From assembly GCF_001194135.2 (NCBI RefSeq), contig NC_068990.1:17543825-17607824 (forward strand): DNA of 64,000 bases. Direction: 5' to 3'. This stretch comes from Octopus bimaculoides. Lineage: Eukaryota. Made by a program: the position numbers and the translations under genes. Below the pieces are notes generated by a model. The model was not told the origin of the DNA, searched no databases, and worked only from the letters and a program-made list of their open reading frames with translations. Shown here in pieces: positions 14,005 through 26,576 of this stretch; within the stretch, counting starts at the first letter, position 1, and every line of letters begins with the position of its first letter.

Positions 14005-14146
14005 TTCCATGGGATTAAAAGACAGCAATGAAGTAATACGAAATCTCTGCCAGTGTGCACTGGAAACAGAAGATAAAGGGGTTTGTACCCGTGCCCTTTG
14101 GTGTTTAGCTAATCAAGTCCTACAACCAGATGTTATCTGCAATCAA
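14005..14146 (+). CDS. RIF1: RIF1 coding exon 3 (SMGLKDSNEV...DKGVCTRALWCLANQVLQPDVICNQ)
   Basis: ACAG acceptor, GTGAGC donor; matches human DKNVRTRALWVISKQ. Confidence 0.93.
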
Positions 14147-14192
14147 GTGAGCTGATTTTTTTTTTGTTTTTGTTTTTTGTTTAATAGATATT

Positions 14193-14580
14193 GGTGCATG
14201 CATTGCTGTATGGTTAAGAAGTTTGCCTCCCAGTGATGTAGTTTTGGGTTCATTCCTACTGCATGGCACCTTGGGCAAGTGTCTTATGTAATTCTGAACT
14301 GACCAAAACCTTGTGAATGGCTTTGGTAGATGGAAATTGAAATAACTGTTGAGTGTGTGTGTGTTTGTCTCCTTGTCAAATTGCATGATAGTTGTAAACA
14401 AATGCCACAGTCATATAGCAGTGTCATTTGTTTCTATTCTCCGTGAAAACATATCCAGCCATAGGGACTTTATCTGGAAACCGGTGAGGATTGGTGACAG
14501 AAAGGGCATCTGACCATAGAAAAATGTACCTCACTGAATTCCATCTGATCCATGCTAGCATGGAAAAAGTGGATGTTAAA
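14193..14580 (+). mobile_element. tRNA-headed SINE (full length)
   Basis: Head TGGTTAAGAAGTTTGCCTCCCA...GGGTTCATTCCTACTGCATGGCACCTTGGGCAAGTGTC, shared with copies near 7960, 21770, 36620, 48610, 54830, 55870 and 56410, and on the - strand near 7760, 27250 and 39050. Confidence 0.75.
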
Positions 14581-14599
14581 GCAATAGTGTTCATCATTA

Positions 14600-14885
14600 T
14601 CATCATCATCGTTTAACGTCCGCTTTACATGCTAGCATGGGTTGGACGATTTGACTGGGGACTGGTGAACCAGGTGGTTACACCAGGCTCCAATCTGATT
14701 TGGCAGAGTTTCTACAGCTGGATGCCCTTCCTAATGCCAACCACTCCGAGAGTGTAGTGGGTGCTTTTACGTGCCACCGGCACAAAGGCCAGTCAGGCGG
14801 TACTGGCAACGGCCACGCTTGAAATGGTGTATTTTACGTGCCACCTGCACAGGAGCCAGTCCAGTGGCACTGGCAATGATCTTGA
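14600..14885 (-). mobile_element. SINE copy, tail-to-tail with the preceding element
   Basis: Same sequence as 52351-52544 plus tandem units. Confidence 0.85.
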
Positions 14886-15692
14886 TTCGAATGTATTTGT
14901 GGAACTCTACATACATACTTGCAGTAACACATTCAAGTTTGATTTCTTTCAGAACCGTTGTTTCAGGAGAATGTTGGAGAATAAATAGCAATTAAGGATT
15001 CCCAACAAAAGACTTGGGTGATTTAGTCAAATTCTGAAATGCATACTATGGTATATGATTGAACAGGTTTAAAGTACTTAGTTTGAAACCAAGGGGAACA
15101 TGATTGTTACTACCTATGCTTGAGTGGGTACTTGTGAATAGAAGAGTTAGTGGGCTGAAAAACAATTTGGCAATTAATGTAGATAGGGAGAGAAGCTGTA
15201 GTTACACTGAAATATTGTCATATTTCTCTTTCCACTACTTCCTTGAAAACACATAATGCAAGACAGCCATGTATCTCCTCTACAACAAGAAACTTGTTCT
15301 GGCCCTTTCTTTCATACTTTAATCTTTCAGCATGAAACCTCCTCATTCGCTACTCTACCCTCTCTCTCAATTGAAGGGTAACTTAGTCTTGTGAGTCAAT
15401 CACATGGTGACTTCACTACTGCTGGTTCTACAAAAAAAAGCTCCCCATACATTATGAAATGGTTGGTGTTAAGAAGGGCATCCAGCTATAGAGACCATGT
15501 AAAAGCAGACCATTGGAGCATGACAATCCTTTCACAAGTTGTATTCAGTGGAATCATCCAACTCCTGTTAGTATGGAAGTTGGCCATTAAATGACATGAT
15601 TTTTCAGTTTAGGTGTACATGTAACATTGTCACTGATATTCTGTTCAATTTTATTCCTATTCATTACTTTTTCTCCTTTTTATTTCTCCCAG

Positions 15693-15787
15693 ATAAATCC
15701 TATCTTGGATGCCTTAGAACATTCATTCTCAAAGCCACTCTCTCAGTCTGTATTGGTTGAACATGAAGCTGTCAATTTAGTTGTAAG
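15693..15787 (+). CDS. RIF1: RIF1 coding exon 4 (INPILDALEHSFSKPLSQSVLVEHEAVNLVV)
   Basis: TTTCTCCCAG acceptor, GTTTGT donor; matches human IIDSLE...SAVVDFEALNVIVR. Confidence 0.92.
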
Positions 15788-15989
15788 GTTTGTATGTTAC
15801 GATTTAAAAAAAATTTTCTAACTGTTGTCCTCTTTAGTATTGCATTGGAATTTATAATTTTATGTAGGCCTAGAAAAGTGGACATGAAAAACAATGCTGA
15901 TGTTTTTACTGAAAGTTCTTCTCAATGCATCCCTCCCCCATTTTTCCACTGCTCTATTGAAGTAAAACTGTTTCTTTTTCTTCCTGCAG

Positions 15990-16179
15990 GTTGCTACAGC
16001 AAGTTCCAAAAAAGATGAATGAGAAAGCTATTAATTGGAGCCATCATGTGTATTCCTTATTAGGACATGGAGCTATTAGAATTCGTGAGAAAGCTTTACA
16101 AGCCCTCAGCATAGCTCTGCCAGCCTTTCTTGTCAATCCTAATGGTTTAGTTGCTTCAATGGTTGCTGATGTTAAAACA
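15990..16179 (+). CDS. RIF1: RIF1 coding exon 5 (LLQQVPKKMNEKAINWSHHV...DVKT)
   Basis: CCTGCAG acceptor, GTAAGT donor; matches human LIEQAPIQMGEEAVRWAKLV. Confidence 0.93.
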
Positions 16180-16762
16180 GTAAGTATTATTATTTATTGC
16201 TTGTTATGATTACATATTCTTGCCATATTTCTATTGAAATACACTACTTTTGTTTCAATTCATCAACATTTAACATCCATTTTCCATGCTGGCACAAGTT
16301 GGACGGTTTGACAGGAGCTGGCTCCATTTTGTCTTTTGACATGGTTTCTACAGCTGGATGCCCTTCCTAACACCAACCACTTTACAGTGTGTACTGTGTG
16401 CTTTTAATGTGCTACTGGCATGGGCACTTTTACTTGGCACCAGCACTCACAAGCTTGCCAAACTAGGACCCTTCAACTGAGAGAGGGATGTAGACAACAT
16501 TCCTGTATGTATGGATGGCCATGATCTCAATTAGTTAATTTTGAAAAAATTGAATTTAGTAAAACAACTTTGTCGTTATTAATCTTGTATTTGAAATGTG
16601 GTTTCAGGTTGGTATCAAAAGGTTTGACCCTTTTGTTATGTAGCTTTGTGTCAACTCTCATTGAGCAGGAACATTACTTTTTATTGATCCCACAATTCCA
16701 ATGACAAGGGGATAGCTTTAAATTATGTGTCCTTGAGTCTTATTCTTATTCAAATTTCTGTG

Positions 16763-16831
16763 GAGGCGCAATGGCCCAGTGGTTAGGGCAGCGGACTTGT
16801 GGTTATAGGATTGCAGTTTCGATTCCCAGAC
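16763..16831 (+). mobile_element. tRNA-derived SINE head running into gap
   Basis: GGAGGCGCAATGGCCCAGTGGTTAGGGCAGCGGAC (A box-like)...GCAGTTTCGATTCCCAGAC (B box-like). Related heads near 8820, 37665 and 29220 (-). Confidence 0.7.
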
Positions 16832-17306
16832 NNNNNNNNNNNNNNNNNNNNNNNNNNNNNNNNNNNNNNNNNNNNNNNNNNNNNNNNNNNNNNNNNNNNN
16901 NNNNNNNNNNNNNNNNNNNNNNNNNNNNNNNNNNNNNNNNNNNNNNNNNNNNNNNNNNNNNNNNNNNNNNNNNNNNNNNNNNNNNNNNNNNNNNNNNNNN
17001 NNNNNNNNNNNNNNNNNNNNNNNNNNNNNNNNNNNNNNNNNNNNNNNNNNNNNNNNNNNNNNNNNNNNNNNNNNNNNNNNNNNNNNNNNNNNNNNNNNNN
17101 NNNNNNNNNNNNNNNNNNNNNNNNNNNNNNNNNNNNNNNNNNNNNNNNNNNNNNNNNNNNNNNNNNNNNNNNNNNNNNNNNNNNNNNNNNNNNNNNNNNN
17201 NNNNNNNNNNNNNNNNNNNNNNNNNNNNNNNNNNNNNNNNNNNNNNNNNNNNNNNNNNNNNNNNNNNNNNNNNNNNNNNNNNNNNNNNNNNNNNNNNNNN
17301 NNNNNN

Positions 17307-17358
17307 TGAAGTATATGTCTTGAGAGTATGGAGTCTGCTGGTTCAGTTATTAGGAAAG
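17307..17358 (+). CDS. RIF1: RIF1 coding exon 6, 3' part only (EVYVLRVWSLLVQLLGK); start hidden in N gap
   Basis: Matches human ETYVLKLWPLFVKLLGR; donor GTAAAT 17359; gap 16832-17306. Confidence 0.9.
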
Positions 17359-17542
17359 GTAAATATTCTTTCTCTTTAGCATTCATTATGTCTGTTTTCA
17401 TCTTTTCTTCCCTTTTTTATGAGGTGGATAAAAAAAAAAAAAAGAAATCCCTCTCAAACATAGATAGATTCTACCACTGGATTTCCAAGCCATAATTGGT
17501 GATATAATTTTTTCTCTCTCTCTCTCTCTCTCTCTCTTGCAG

Positions 17543-17675
17543 GAATTACATTGTGTCTTCATCAACCAACTCCTCCCAATTGTAGAACTTGGCTTTAAGA
17601 GCCCGAACCCAAATATCAAATATGAAGCTTTTAGTGCCTGGAAATACCTTATTGAAAATTTTGCTTCAAACCCTG
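17543..17675 (+). CDS. RIF1: RIF1 coding exon 7 (ELHCVFINQLLPIVELGFKSPNPNIKYEAFSAWKYLIENFASNP)
   Basis: (TC)n tract plus TTGCAG acceptor, GTAAAC donor; matches human FINSLLQLEELGFRS...AWKSLIDNFALNP. Confidence 0.95.
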
Positions 17676-18402
17676 GTAAACTTTATTAATTTTTTTTCTT
17701 GTTTAAAATATCCATCTCATAAAGCAATTTAATAAAATATGCATTTTACCTTTTTTCTTTCTTAATTACCAGTTGTAATACTAATCCCACATGTAATACA
17801 GTCCATTTTTTGCATATGGACTCTTGTTCTCATAGTTTTGTGTTTGTGAATACATTCTCCTACACACGGTTTTATGTGTACACTTGCTCGTACACACATA
17901 AACACATTTTTGTTTGATCATCACAAGACAGAAATGGGCAGTGTTGCTATTGACCATTCTCTGCTAGTATTTTCACAACAAAGCACAGTTTACCTTAAAA
18001 GGACACTTTTGCATAAAGGTAAATTAAATCTATAACAAGAATTCCATGCAAGGCTGTTTAGATTACTGAAGTTCCTTGATAACTTATTCTTACAAGCGTG
18101 CATTCCATGTGCTAACACAGACAAATCTTTATTGCTGATAGAGATACTGCATTTCATTATGCAACCACAATATACTGCCAAGTTTATTATAGGCTTCTAA
18201 GCCAATACTGTGCCCCATCTATGTTAGCACTGCTATTGCATTTTAAAATTCTCTACAGATTAACTATAGAAACTAGAGCCGGCAGTATCAGAAAAGTATA
18301 TATTCGCCTGCTACTAATTGTACTTAAAAAATTTTAGGTTTTAATTTTATATTCAAAAGGTTGACTTTCTTTTAATATTTTTTCCATTGTAAAATTTTGC
18401 AG

Positions 18403-18554
18403 CCATTATTGGGGACCAGAAGCGCATCAAACTTTTGATGCAAGTCTTCAAAATTAACAATGCCAAAACTGAGAATGTGGCTTTAAAGAAACTGGAAGTT
18501 TGGTGGTATTTTGTCAGAAAGTTGGACACCAAACTGTTGGGTAATTTTGATATG
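18403..18554 (+). CDS. RIF1: RIF1 coding exon 8 (IIGDQKRIKLLMQ...KKLEVWWYFVRKLD...NFDM)
   Basis: TTTGCAG acceptor, GTAAGT donor; KLEVWWY motif. Confidence 0.95.
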
Positions 18555-18830
18555 GTAAGTGAGGGAGCAAGTTTTTAATGTTTTTTTTTTCTCTCTACTT
18601 AGTACAAGAATATTGATTGTGAATGTTGCTGAATGACAGATGACTGATCTTATATAATATCGTCATATCTTGAATGTTTGTACTGAATATATATATATTG
18701 ACAAGTCCATTTGTAATGTTGGAGGTCTGACAATTAGCTATCAAAATTGTCTGATACATGGTGTTATTAGTCTTGCAAGTTGCTGGTTCCTAGCTGTGTA
18801 AAGCCTCCCCTTGTTAGCTTGTACATTTAA

Positions 18831-19041
18831 CCCTTTTATTAGCATATTTCATTGCAATACACTGCCTTTGTTTCAATTTTAAAAATAATGAAAAAAATAT
18901 CAAAATACCTCTGTCATTTTTAAGCTGGCCTTTTGGAACATAAATTATGAAATTTTGATGGCAGTTTTTAGCTCACTTCAAACTAGAGAATACCTATAGA
19001 GCTGGAAGCTATCTATCTCAGGTGGGTTGGTATCAAAAGGG
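18831..19041. mobile_element. piggyBac-like MITE, family A
   Basis: TTAA|CCCTTTTATT...TATCAAAAGGG|TTAA; related copies at about 16520-16630, 25660-26170, 30490-30600, 30720-30820, 31200-31435 and 42581-42798. Confidence 0.72.
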
Positions 19042-19374
19042 TTAATAATTGTGTGTTCACACACCTTGCAGGATGATGTATTGCTACCTTTTAGATAGTA
19101 ATTACATTTTAAATTGTTATATTAATGTAAATATCCCACCTGTGGGAAATTATTGGTTTAAGCCATTTAGCTGTGATGATACTGGAGCACCATTTTATTC
19201 TCAGTTTTCTGTCTTGTATTGTTGGTATTATATTTACCTTGTAAATATTCTTTTTGTAGGTCTGTATCCCATGCAGTAGTTATGACCTTTTTTATTATTT
19301 TATTTTACAAATCTGAAAACATCATTTCATTATTTCTTGAGATATATTTAGTTTTGAAATTTTCTTCCTACAAG

Positions 19375-19447
19375 GTTTGTACTCCTTTACTACGCTTTTG
19401 TGTTGGTGGAAAGTGGACCCAAGGAGCTCGTAACACACCTACACTGA
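19375..19447 (+). CDS. RIF1: RIF1 coding exon 9 (VCTPLLRFCVGGKWTQGARNTPTL)
   Basis: Phase 0 to 1, GTGAGT donor 19448; matches human VCVPLIQ. Confidence 0.85.
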
Positions 19448-20328
19448 GTGAGTGTCATTTAACTTCTATATTTTTGTTATATGTTTAAATAAAATGGTTA
19501 AGTATATAATGTGGTTACCTTGTTTTGGGTCATTGTATTCAAATTTGCTGTAGGCAATTCTATGGTTTTTGAGTTCAGCATAAGATTTCAGGGATAGTTA
19601 CTAGTTTATAATAGTTTTCCTTGGGAAAAGTCAAATGGGTCCAAGTTAGAGACTCTGTATTAGACATATTTTTTTCATTAGTGTAACCCTTTAACTAGCC
19701 AAATCTGGTTCAAAATATTCTACCTGTTTTATGTTCAAACTAGCTGTATCTGGCCTCTTACACTTACCATACAATATCATTTTGAAAATAAACAATCACA
19801 TTAAAATCTCAAAACTAAAAGATAATATGTGATAAATTCAAAATGATGGAAATAAACAAGCATTACTTTTGACAGTAATTATGAATACTAAAGCATATAG
19901 TTTCTTTGATCTAACCTTATTAAAAGTGGTATCCACATGTTGAGCTTTTGTAGTAGCAAGAATTCTGCCAAGTTACCTGGAAAATCAAATTTTTCTTAGT
20001 TCCTTATCTCATGAATTAGATCAGTTTAGTTTATGTCTGTACTATGATTGGCAAAGAGTTAATTATTCTGATAACCTTTGGGGTTGTGAATTCCCTAAAA
20101 TAATGGAGCATCAGCCATGCTTAACAGCTTTGGAATATTTAGTTTTGAATTCTGTTCAAAGTTTTAAAAAAGCCCCCAAAACTTGTGTGTCAACTCTTTG
20201 AATCTGAAGTATTCTGATAAGACTTGGATTAGCAAATTGTTAATTTCAAATAAAACTATTTAGAACTACTTTGGTAATTAAAAATATGATTATAATAATC
20301 TTTATTTTTTTCGATTTATTTGTTAAAG

Positions 20329-20478
20329 GTTCGGTTGGAAACAACATCTCCCTTCCCAGTCAGGGAACTTTGTGGCCATCTTTTCCCTCACTCCAACTGA
20401 AAGGGTTGGAGGCTATAGCACATCTTCTGCAGCTTCCTTCAGCACGTATTGATTACTCCCCTATAAAATTTGATCTTG
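20329..20478 (+). CDS. RIF1: RIF1 coding exon 10 (SVGNNISLP...PSLQLKGLEAIAHLLQ...FDL)
   Basis: AAAG acceptor, GTATGT donor; matches human PSIQLLGLEMLLHFL. Confidence 0.9.
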
Positions 20479-22205
20479 GTATGTATTAAAGAACTTCCAT
20501 TTTAATCATTTGTTACAAATTCTGTTACATAAACCAGTTTATAAAATTTAATAATTGTTTAACTTCTTGGTTCCATGAGTCAGATGGCATACATTAAGGC
20601 AGAGTTTCTGTGGTCAGATGCCCTTCCTGTCACCAACTCTGTTTCCAAGCAGGGTAAGATCTCCCATGGCCTCTCTTTTCATGAAAGATTAGAAATGAAC
20701 AACATAGCTCGTATGATTGTGCTGCTCATTTTCCAACCATCATATAATGTCAGAACTGGCATGCACACACACACACACACACAAAGTGGACTTCCTCCAT
20801 CAAATACACTCACGACCCTGGGGCTGTAGTAGAGAAACTGTCCCCAAGACCACACGGTTTGGAAGCAAGATTGTCACCCACACAGCAACATCTGCACCTA
20901 TTTAAAATTTGTTTTCAGCAGTGTTGCCAGACATTAGATTTTATATAGTCACATATCCAACACCAGGTCTGTTGGGCTGAGTCTCAGGTACCAAGATATG
21001 TAAATGGTTAGAGTATTGTACAATCATTCAGTTAATTCTTGAAATTCTTATAAAATCAGTAATGGGGCCGTCTGTCTGAATCTGCTGTACTTTACAGCCT
21101 CACTTCTCTGAAGCCTCAATATTCAACTTCACTTCTACTCATGTTTTTGTTTTTCCCTTCCATGTCAGCATCAGCACAATGTCATTCACTCACATCACAT
21201 GTCCATTGCTAATCTGTGTCCTCCTGCACACATCAACTTTTGTTTCTAATGTATTGTCACTAAGCTTCCACATGTATCAAATTTCCTGCAATGTGTCTAA
21301 CATGGCAGATTTGCCCCCAAAATGCTTGAAAATTGAATGGATAGCAGTAGGAAAGGCATTCAGTTAACGTAAGTGAACACAATTGCTCCAAACACATCTA
21401 CTCTCCGCTAATGCAATCATGAAAAAAATGGTGGGGGGTGGTCATAGTTACCTATGTTACTATAAGTAACTTATAGCAAATATTTAGAAACATTATTTTT
21501 AGGGTGAAGGTGGCAAGCAGGCAGAACCCATGTCAGACAAAATGCTTTGTGGCATTATTTTTGATTCTTCACACTCTGAGTTCAAATTTCATTGAGGTTG
21601 GCTTTGCTGTTCATCATCTTGGGGTTGATGTCATTAACTGGTCCCCACTTCTTCTAAAGTTGTTGATCGTGTGCCAAAATCTGGAACAATTGTTATAAAT
21701 TTAAACATTTGTTTTACATTTAACTTTTTGCCCAATTTCTGACAGCCATCTATTTGATATTAGACACAGATGCCAATGTGGCTTTGTGGTTAAGAAGTTT
21801 GCTTCCCAACCACGTGGTTGAGGGTTCAGTCCTGCTGCATAGCATCTTGAGTAAGTGTTTTTTACCATAACTCTTGGCGAATGAAAGCTTTGTGAGTCAA
21901 CAGGGTAAATAAAAACTGAAAGAAGCCCTTTGATGTGTGTGCGTCTCCTTGTCTTGATATTTTAGTAGTTTCTATACAAAGGGTGTCTGTTTCCAATCAT
22001 CTGTGTAAACATGTCTGGTAATGGGGGAACACATTACCTTGCTTGGAAACAAGTGATGGTTGACTGCAAGAAGGGCATTTTGCGTCTGACTCATGCAAAT
22101 ATGGAAAAGAGGACATGAAAATGATGCTGATCTCTCATATTGATACCTAAATATTTAATTCATACCTCTATTTGCATTAATATATATTTTCTCTTTTCCC
22201 TGCAG

Positions 22206-22310
22206 AACCTTTGAATCCTAACATTGTAATGGGACCGGCATTATTTCTTAAACAATGCAGTGTTATTGCCTATAGTCTAGTGGAATTGGTATGTTCTGCA
22301 GATGCACCAG
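22206..22310 (+). CDS. RIF1: RIF1 coding exon 11 (PLNPNIVMGPALFLKQCSVIAYSLVELVCSADAP)
   Basis: TGCAG acceptor, GTATGT donor 22311, phase 1 to 1; matches human EPLEHPLISSPSFFSKH. Confidence 0.88.
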
Positions 22311-22432
22311 GTATGTATATATATATATATAAGTTCATATTTCACTTAATGTCCTCTTGCTCTTGTTTGAAGATACATTTTGTTTAAGCTTTCTAAATTC
22401 TAATGATAATCCATTTGATATTATTTGATCAG

Positions 22433-22590
22433 ATGATCTCGTCGTTTATATTTGGTCGTTGTTTGTGGAACACCTTAAACTTGGTCTGGAAGCTGGCCTC
22501 AAAACCGACACAAGGGATGCTCTATCTTCTTTTCTCTGTGACTTTTCAACTTTAATTCTCAGTCGACCAGCACCTTATTCTGTCAAATAT
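22433..22590 (+). CDS. RIF1: RIF1 coding exon 12 (DLVVYIWSLFVEHLKLGLEAG...YSVKY)
   Basis: ATCAG acceptor, GTAAGT donor; matches human DVVVSAIWKELI. Confidence 0.88.
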
Positions 22591-23365
22591 GTAAGTCAAT
22601 GATTCTTTTAATTTTCTTTTACTTGTTCCAGTCATTTGACTGCAGCCATGCTGGGGCACCTGCCTTGAAGTATTGTTAGCCAAATAGATCAACTTCAGTA
22701 CTTTTTTTTTTAAGCCTGGTACTTGTTCTACCAGTCATCTTCCAGAATGTACTTGTATTCATCCGGGATGAGTTGAGCTGGCTCCATCCAACAACTGTTC
22801 TCAATTTCAGTTGGAATACAAGTTCACTTGTGGTCCCTGGTTACATGCATACACACTTACTTTGCGATTGTGTGACCAGTAGGAGCTCATATTGTCATTG
22901 ATTGTTGACCATCATAGAGGATTTGCTGTCCCAAGATTTTATTGGCCAGGCAATTTTGAAGCTTTATGCAAATGCAAGAGTTCTTTTGTTTGTTTTCAAA
23001 TAGTTGTTTCCATTTTACTTTAGCTGACTTGTATGTAAAGTTTTTGCAAAATTCAACATTTACATTCTGTTTACATAAGTAGTTTTACAGCTGGGAGCAC
23101 ATTATGGTTAATAATCAGTCATGAAGTGAGAGTGGAAAAATCAGGCAAATGGCATAATGTAACTTGGTTGTTGGCTGCATGATTTGAACTTGAAACCTTG
23201 TGGTTAGTTGTTCAGTCTTCAATCTTGTAGACATTGTCTCATTTTTGTATTTTATGTTGATTATTGTATGAATTTCATGTTGTCAGTAACTTGGCTTGTC
23301 AATATTTGGTCTTTTTATTTAAAAAAAAATTTGTTTCATGATTTTCTTTATCTTCTATGTTGCAG

Positions 23366-23449
23366 AAATTATTCCTTGCTGTTACTAAACTCCCCAAGAA
23401 GATACTTTGTTCAACAGCCTATAACATTAGCAGTGGAGAAAAAATTCAT
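23366..23449 (+). CDS. RIF1: RIF1 coding exon 13 (KLFLAVTKLPKKILCSTAYNISSGEKIH)
   Basis: TTGCAG acceptor, GTAAGT donor; matches human LPQKVLGSPAYQV. Confidence 0.92.
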
Positions 23450-24238
23450 GTAAGTTTTTCTTTTATAATCCAAGTTATTTTCTTTTTAATAATCACTAAG
23501 ATTTGGTCTTCAAAATTTCGTTGCTGACTATTATCATTTATTTAATACCTAAATTAGAGATATATTTTCTTACCATTTTAAATCGATTTCCATTCATTTG
23601 CATTTGTCATATTGATGAAAACTGAGTTATCGTTTGTGTTGACAATAATGTCTATCAATCACAGCTAGGTTTGCCAGTTAAAACTAATTTCTTTATCTCT
23701 TATTGCAAGTGAAAATAATCAGTATTCACTGGGATTCAAACAGGTTATTAGAATATTGGTTGATCACTTGCAAAATATGTATTTTTATTAGTTATTAACA
23801 TTTTGCAGTCTTGGTAAACATTATTGTGCAGTTAAAATGTTTTTAGACAGTCATTGTCTGGATAGAATTTACATAAGGCTGAGCTAATCTTTATTCATTA
23901 AATCTTATCATATAATGTCCACCAGGATTTGCTGGTTCAACATAGTTATTGACACGGTCAGAGCAATTTTGCTTCCCATAGTTGAACGCTTCCAGAGTGA
24001 TTGGCTGGCTTTGAACATGTACACATACTACAAAATGTAATTTTTGTATGTGATGATGAATATTATCTCTTACCAGTTTCCAGTCAAGCCCTCTAACCCA
24101 TGCCAGTTTTGAAAACAGATGTTAAATGATATTTTGAAAGAAACCCACAGTAGTAGTAACAGTAATCCTATGTTTGTATGTGTATCGAATTATTTTATAT
24201 GATTTCTCATTTAGCTGTTTCTCTTTTGTTGTGTCCAG

Positions 24239-24312
24239 GGTACTCCGGCTCTGTTTTTAACTGAACTCTTACTGACGCCATCAATGTTACAGGAAGGAGT
24301 TTCTCAAGAGAA
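24239..24312 (+). CDS. RIF1: RIF1 coding exon 14 (GTPALFLTELLLTPSMLQEGVSQE)
   Basis: TCCAG acceptor; GTPALFL identical to human; weak donor GTACAC 24313 required by phase. Confidence 0.88.
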
Positions 24313-24962
24313 GTACACAAAAAAGTTCTTATACCTTTTTAATTGAAATTGTATTTGCCCCATCCCACTTCCAATCATTTTTCTACAAATATCACAAGAT
24401 GTGAAGTTGAAATCCTCAGGAATTAAGACTAGGAATAGTAAAAGTATTGACAATACTATTACTGCCTTTTACAACTATACCAACTTTTAAAGAAAATTAA
24501 ACAATGATGATATCTGGCCTAATTATTCCTGTTTCATGTTCAAACTGGCCAGGTCCAGCCTCTCCCACCTAGCCTGCAATGCCATTCTAAAATTAACAAT
24601 CACCTGAATGAAATTTCAAAGCTATGAAATAATGCATGATTAACTTGAAACTGTGAATAAGTGAACATTACATTTGATGGAGTAATCTGAATGCTAAAGG
24701 ATTAACATAATCTTCTAGCAGACTATGTATCAAGGTTTTGATTCATTGAATTATATACAGCTTCTTTACAACAGTTTCCATCTCCCCAGTTTTACTCAAT
24801 GTTGTGGGGTCAATATGAGGTTTATAATAGAAAACTACATTGCTGTGCAGTGCAATTAAACCTGAAGCCACCTGAACTTTGTATAAATTCGTTAGCCATG
24901 CCTGCCCTCATTGATTAAATTACACAATGTTGCTAAAACTTCATTCTCTCTTTCTCTTTCAG

Positions 24963-25143
24963 TTACCTGACATTATTTGTGAGTATGATTGAGCTGGGAA
25001 TGGCCAATCCATCTGGGGTGCTTGAATACTGTCAGGCAGTGATTCAAATTCTAGATCTTCATGCTATATATGTTGAACAGAAAGAGCAGCTATGGCGTTT
25101 GTGGTCTTGCTTAGTTAATCCTCTCTTAGACTTCATTTCAAAG
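24963..25143 (+). CDS. RIF1: RIF1 coding exon 15 (YLTLFVSMIELG...KEQLWRLWSCLVNPLLDFISK)
   Basis: TTTCAG acceptor, GTAATT donor; matches human KEHLWKMWSVIVTPLTELINQ. Confidence 0.95.
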
Positions 25144-26193
25144 GTAATTACTTGTTTACCCAACACATTACACATTTCTTGTTTACCCCCAGGCCAGTTC
25201 TGATTGAGTAGACCCGTAGTCAAAAAACATTCCAGCCCTGACTATCCTGTCTTTGTATATCAGAGACTACACTGTCCAATCTTCCTCTGTCCCCCTACAT
25301 TTTTTGGGTCTGTAAGTTAGTAAATCTGTTTGTTCACTTTTCCATGTTAATGATTTTAATGGGAATTGATTTTGGAGCAAGATTTTATGACTGGTTGCTT
25401 TTCCTGTTGCCACTCGCAAAAATGCTATCACTAGACACAATTTCACTGTTTCACCAAAATGCTGATGTGAAATATCAACATTCATTCATTCATGTGTAGA
25501 CACAATATATGACTGGCTTCATACAATTTTCATTCACTGAATTTCCTCACAAGGCACTGGTCTGTCTGGGACAGTAATAGATGATGTCCAAGGTGCCGTG
25601 CAAACTTCTTAACCAGTCAGCCATTCTTTCATTTTATGGGGTTATTAACTTGAATGTTTGGAACATGGAATTCTGATGGAAAGTTTTAATTTAGGTCACC
25701 TTAAAACTGGAAGTTTGTATCATAGAACCAGGTGTTACTTCAGATGGGTTGGTATCATAAGGGTTGACTCACACTACTATCATTGGATGATTTGCTGTAA
25801 TCAAATAAAATATGACTGGATGGTCTTCGTTGGAATGCTTTTGAATATAGATCTGTTTAACCACTTTGTTACCATATTTCTGATGAAATACACTGCCTTT
25901 GTCTTGAAATCAATGAAAAGTTTTGTAAACACAGATTATCATGAAATTTTGATGGAAGATTTTAATTTAGATCACTTTAAAATGGGAAGATTGCATCATA
26001 AAATTAGCAGTTTCAGGAGGGTTAGTATCAAAAGGGTTCACCTTTTTGTTATGTTTCTGTTAAGATACATTGCCATTATTTCATTTAATTTTGAAAATAA
26101 CAAAGAATTTAGTAAAATAAGACTCATTATTAATCTGGTATTTAAAACACAAGTTAAATTCTGAGGGAAGGTTTTGATTGCAATCATTTTTAA

Positions 26194-26408
26194 CCCTTTA
26201 GCATTTAAACTGCCCATATCCTGCCAAAATATTCTACCTGTTGTATCTTCAAACAGGTCGTATCTGACCTTTCACACCTATCCTACAGTGTCATTTTAAA
26301 AATCATCACATCATCGAAATCTCAAAGTTAGGGAATAATGCATGGTTAATTTTAAAGTAATGTGAATACATAAGCAGTACATTTGACAATCATCTGAATG
26401 CTAAAGGA
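26194..26408. mobile_element. piggyBac-like MITE, family B
   Basis: TTAA|CCCTTTAGCATT...AATGCTAAAGGA|TTAA; related copies at about 6040-6250, 11835-12045, 19690-19890 and 24490-24705. Confidence 0.75.
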
Positions 26409-26471
26409 TTAAACGGACAGTTTTGGACAGATTGGTATTAAAACAATGTTTTTTTTATTATTATTCCACAG

Positions 26472-26576
26472 AACAATGAGATTAATCAAGGAGATGCTTT
26501 AGAACACAACTTCACCTGTCTTTATCGTTCATTATTTTTTCCTGTCAAATGGTTGTTTGGCAACCAGTTATTAGCT
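26472..26576 (+). CDS. RIF1: RIF1 coding exon 16 (NNEINQGDALEHNFTCLYRSLFFPVKWLFGNQLLA)
   Basis: CACAG acceptor, GTAAGT donor; NQGDALEHNF signature. Confidence 0.97.

Noticed and set aside
16763-16831. tRNA-like A/B boxes as a genuine tRNA gene
   Set aside because: Related heads recur in the window attached to SINE bodies, no complete cloverleaf is demonstrable, and the sequence is truncated by a gap.
16718-17401. Long ORFs spanning N runs (also 49785-50798, 51869-52318, 60417-61016)
   Set aside because: Artefacts of translating gaps as X.
25658-26164. 168-aa ORF with internal duplication
   Set aside because: Composed of adjacent family A MITE fragments.
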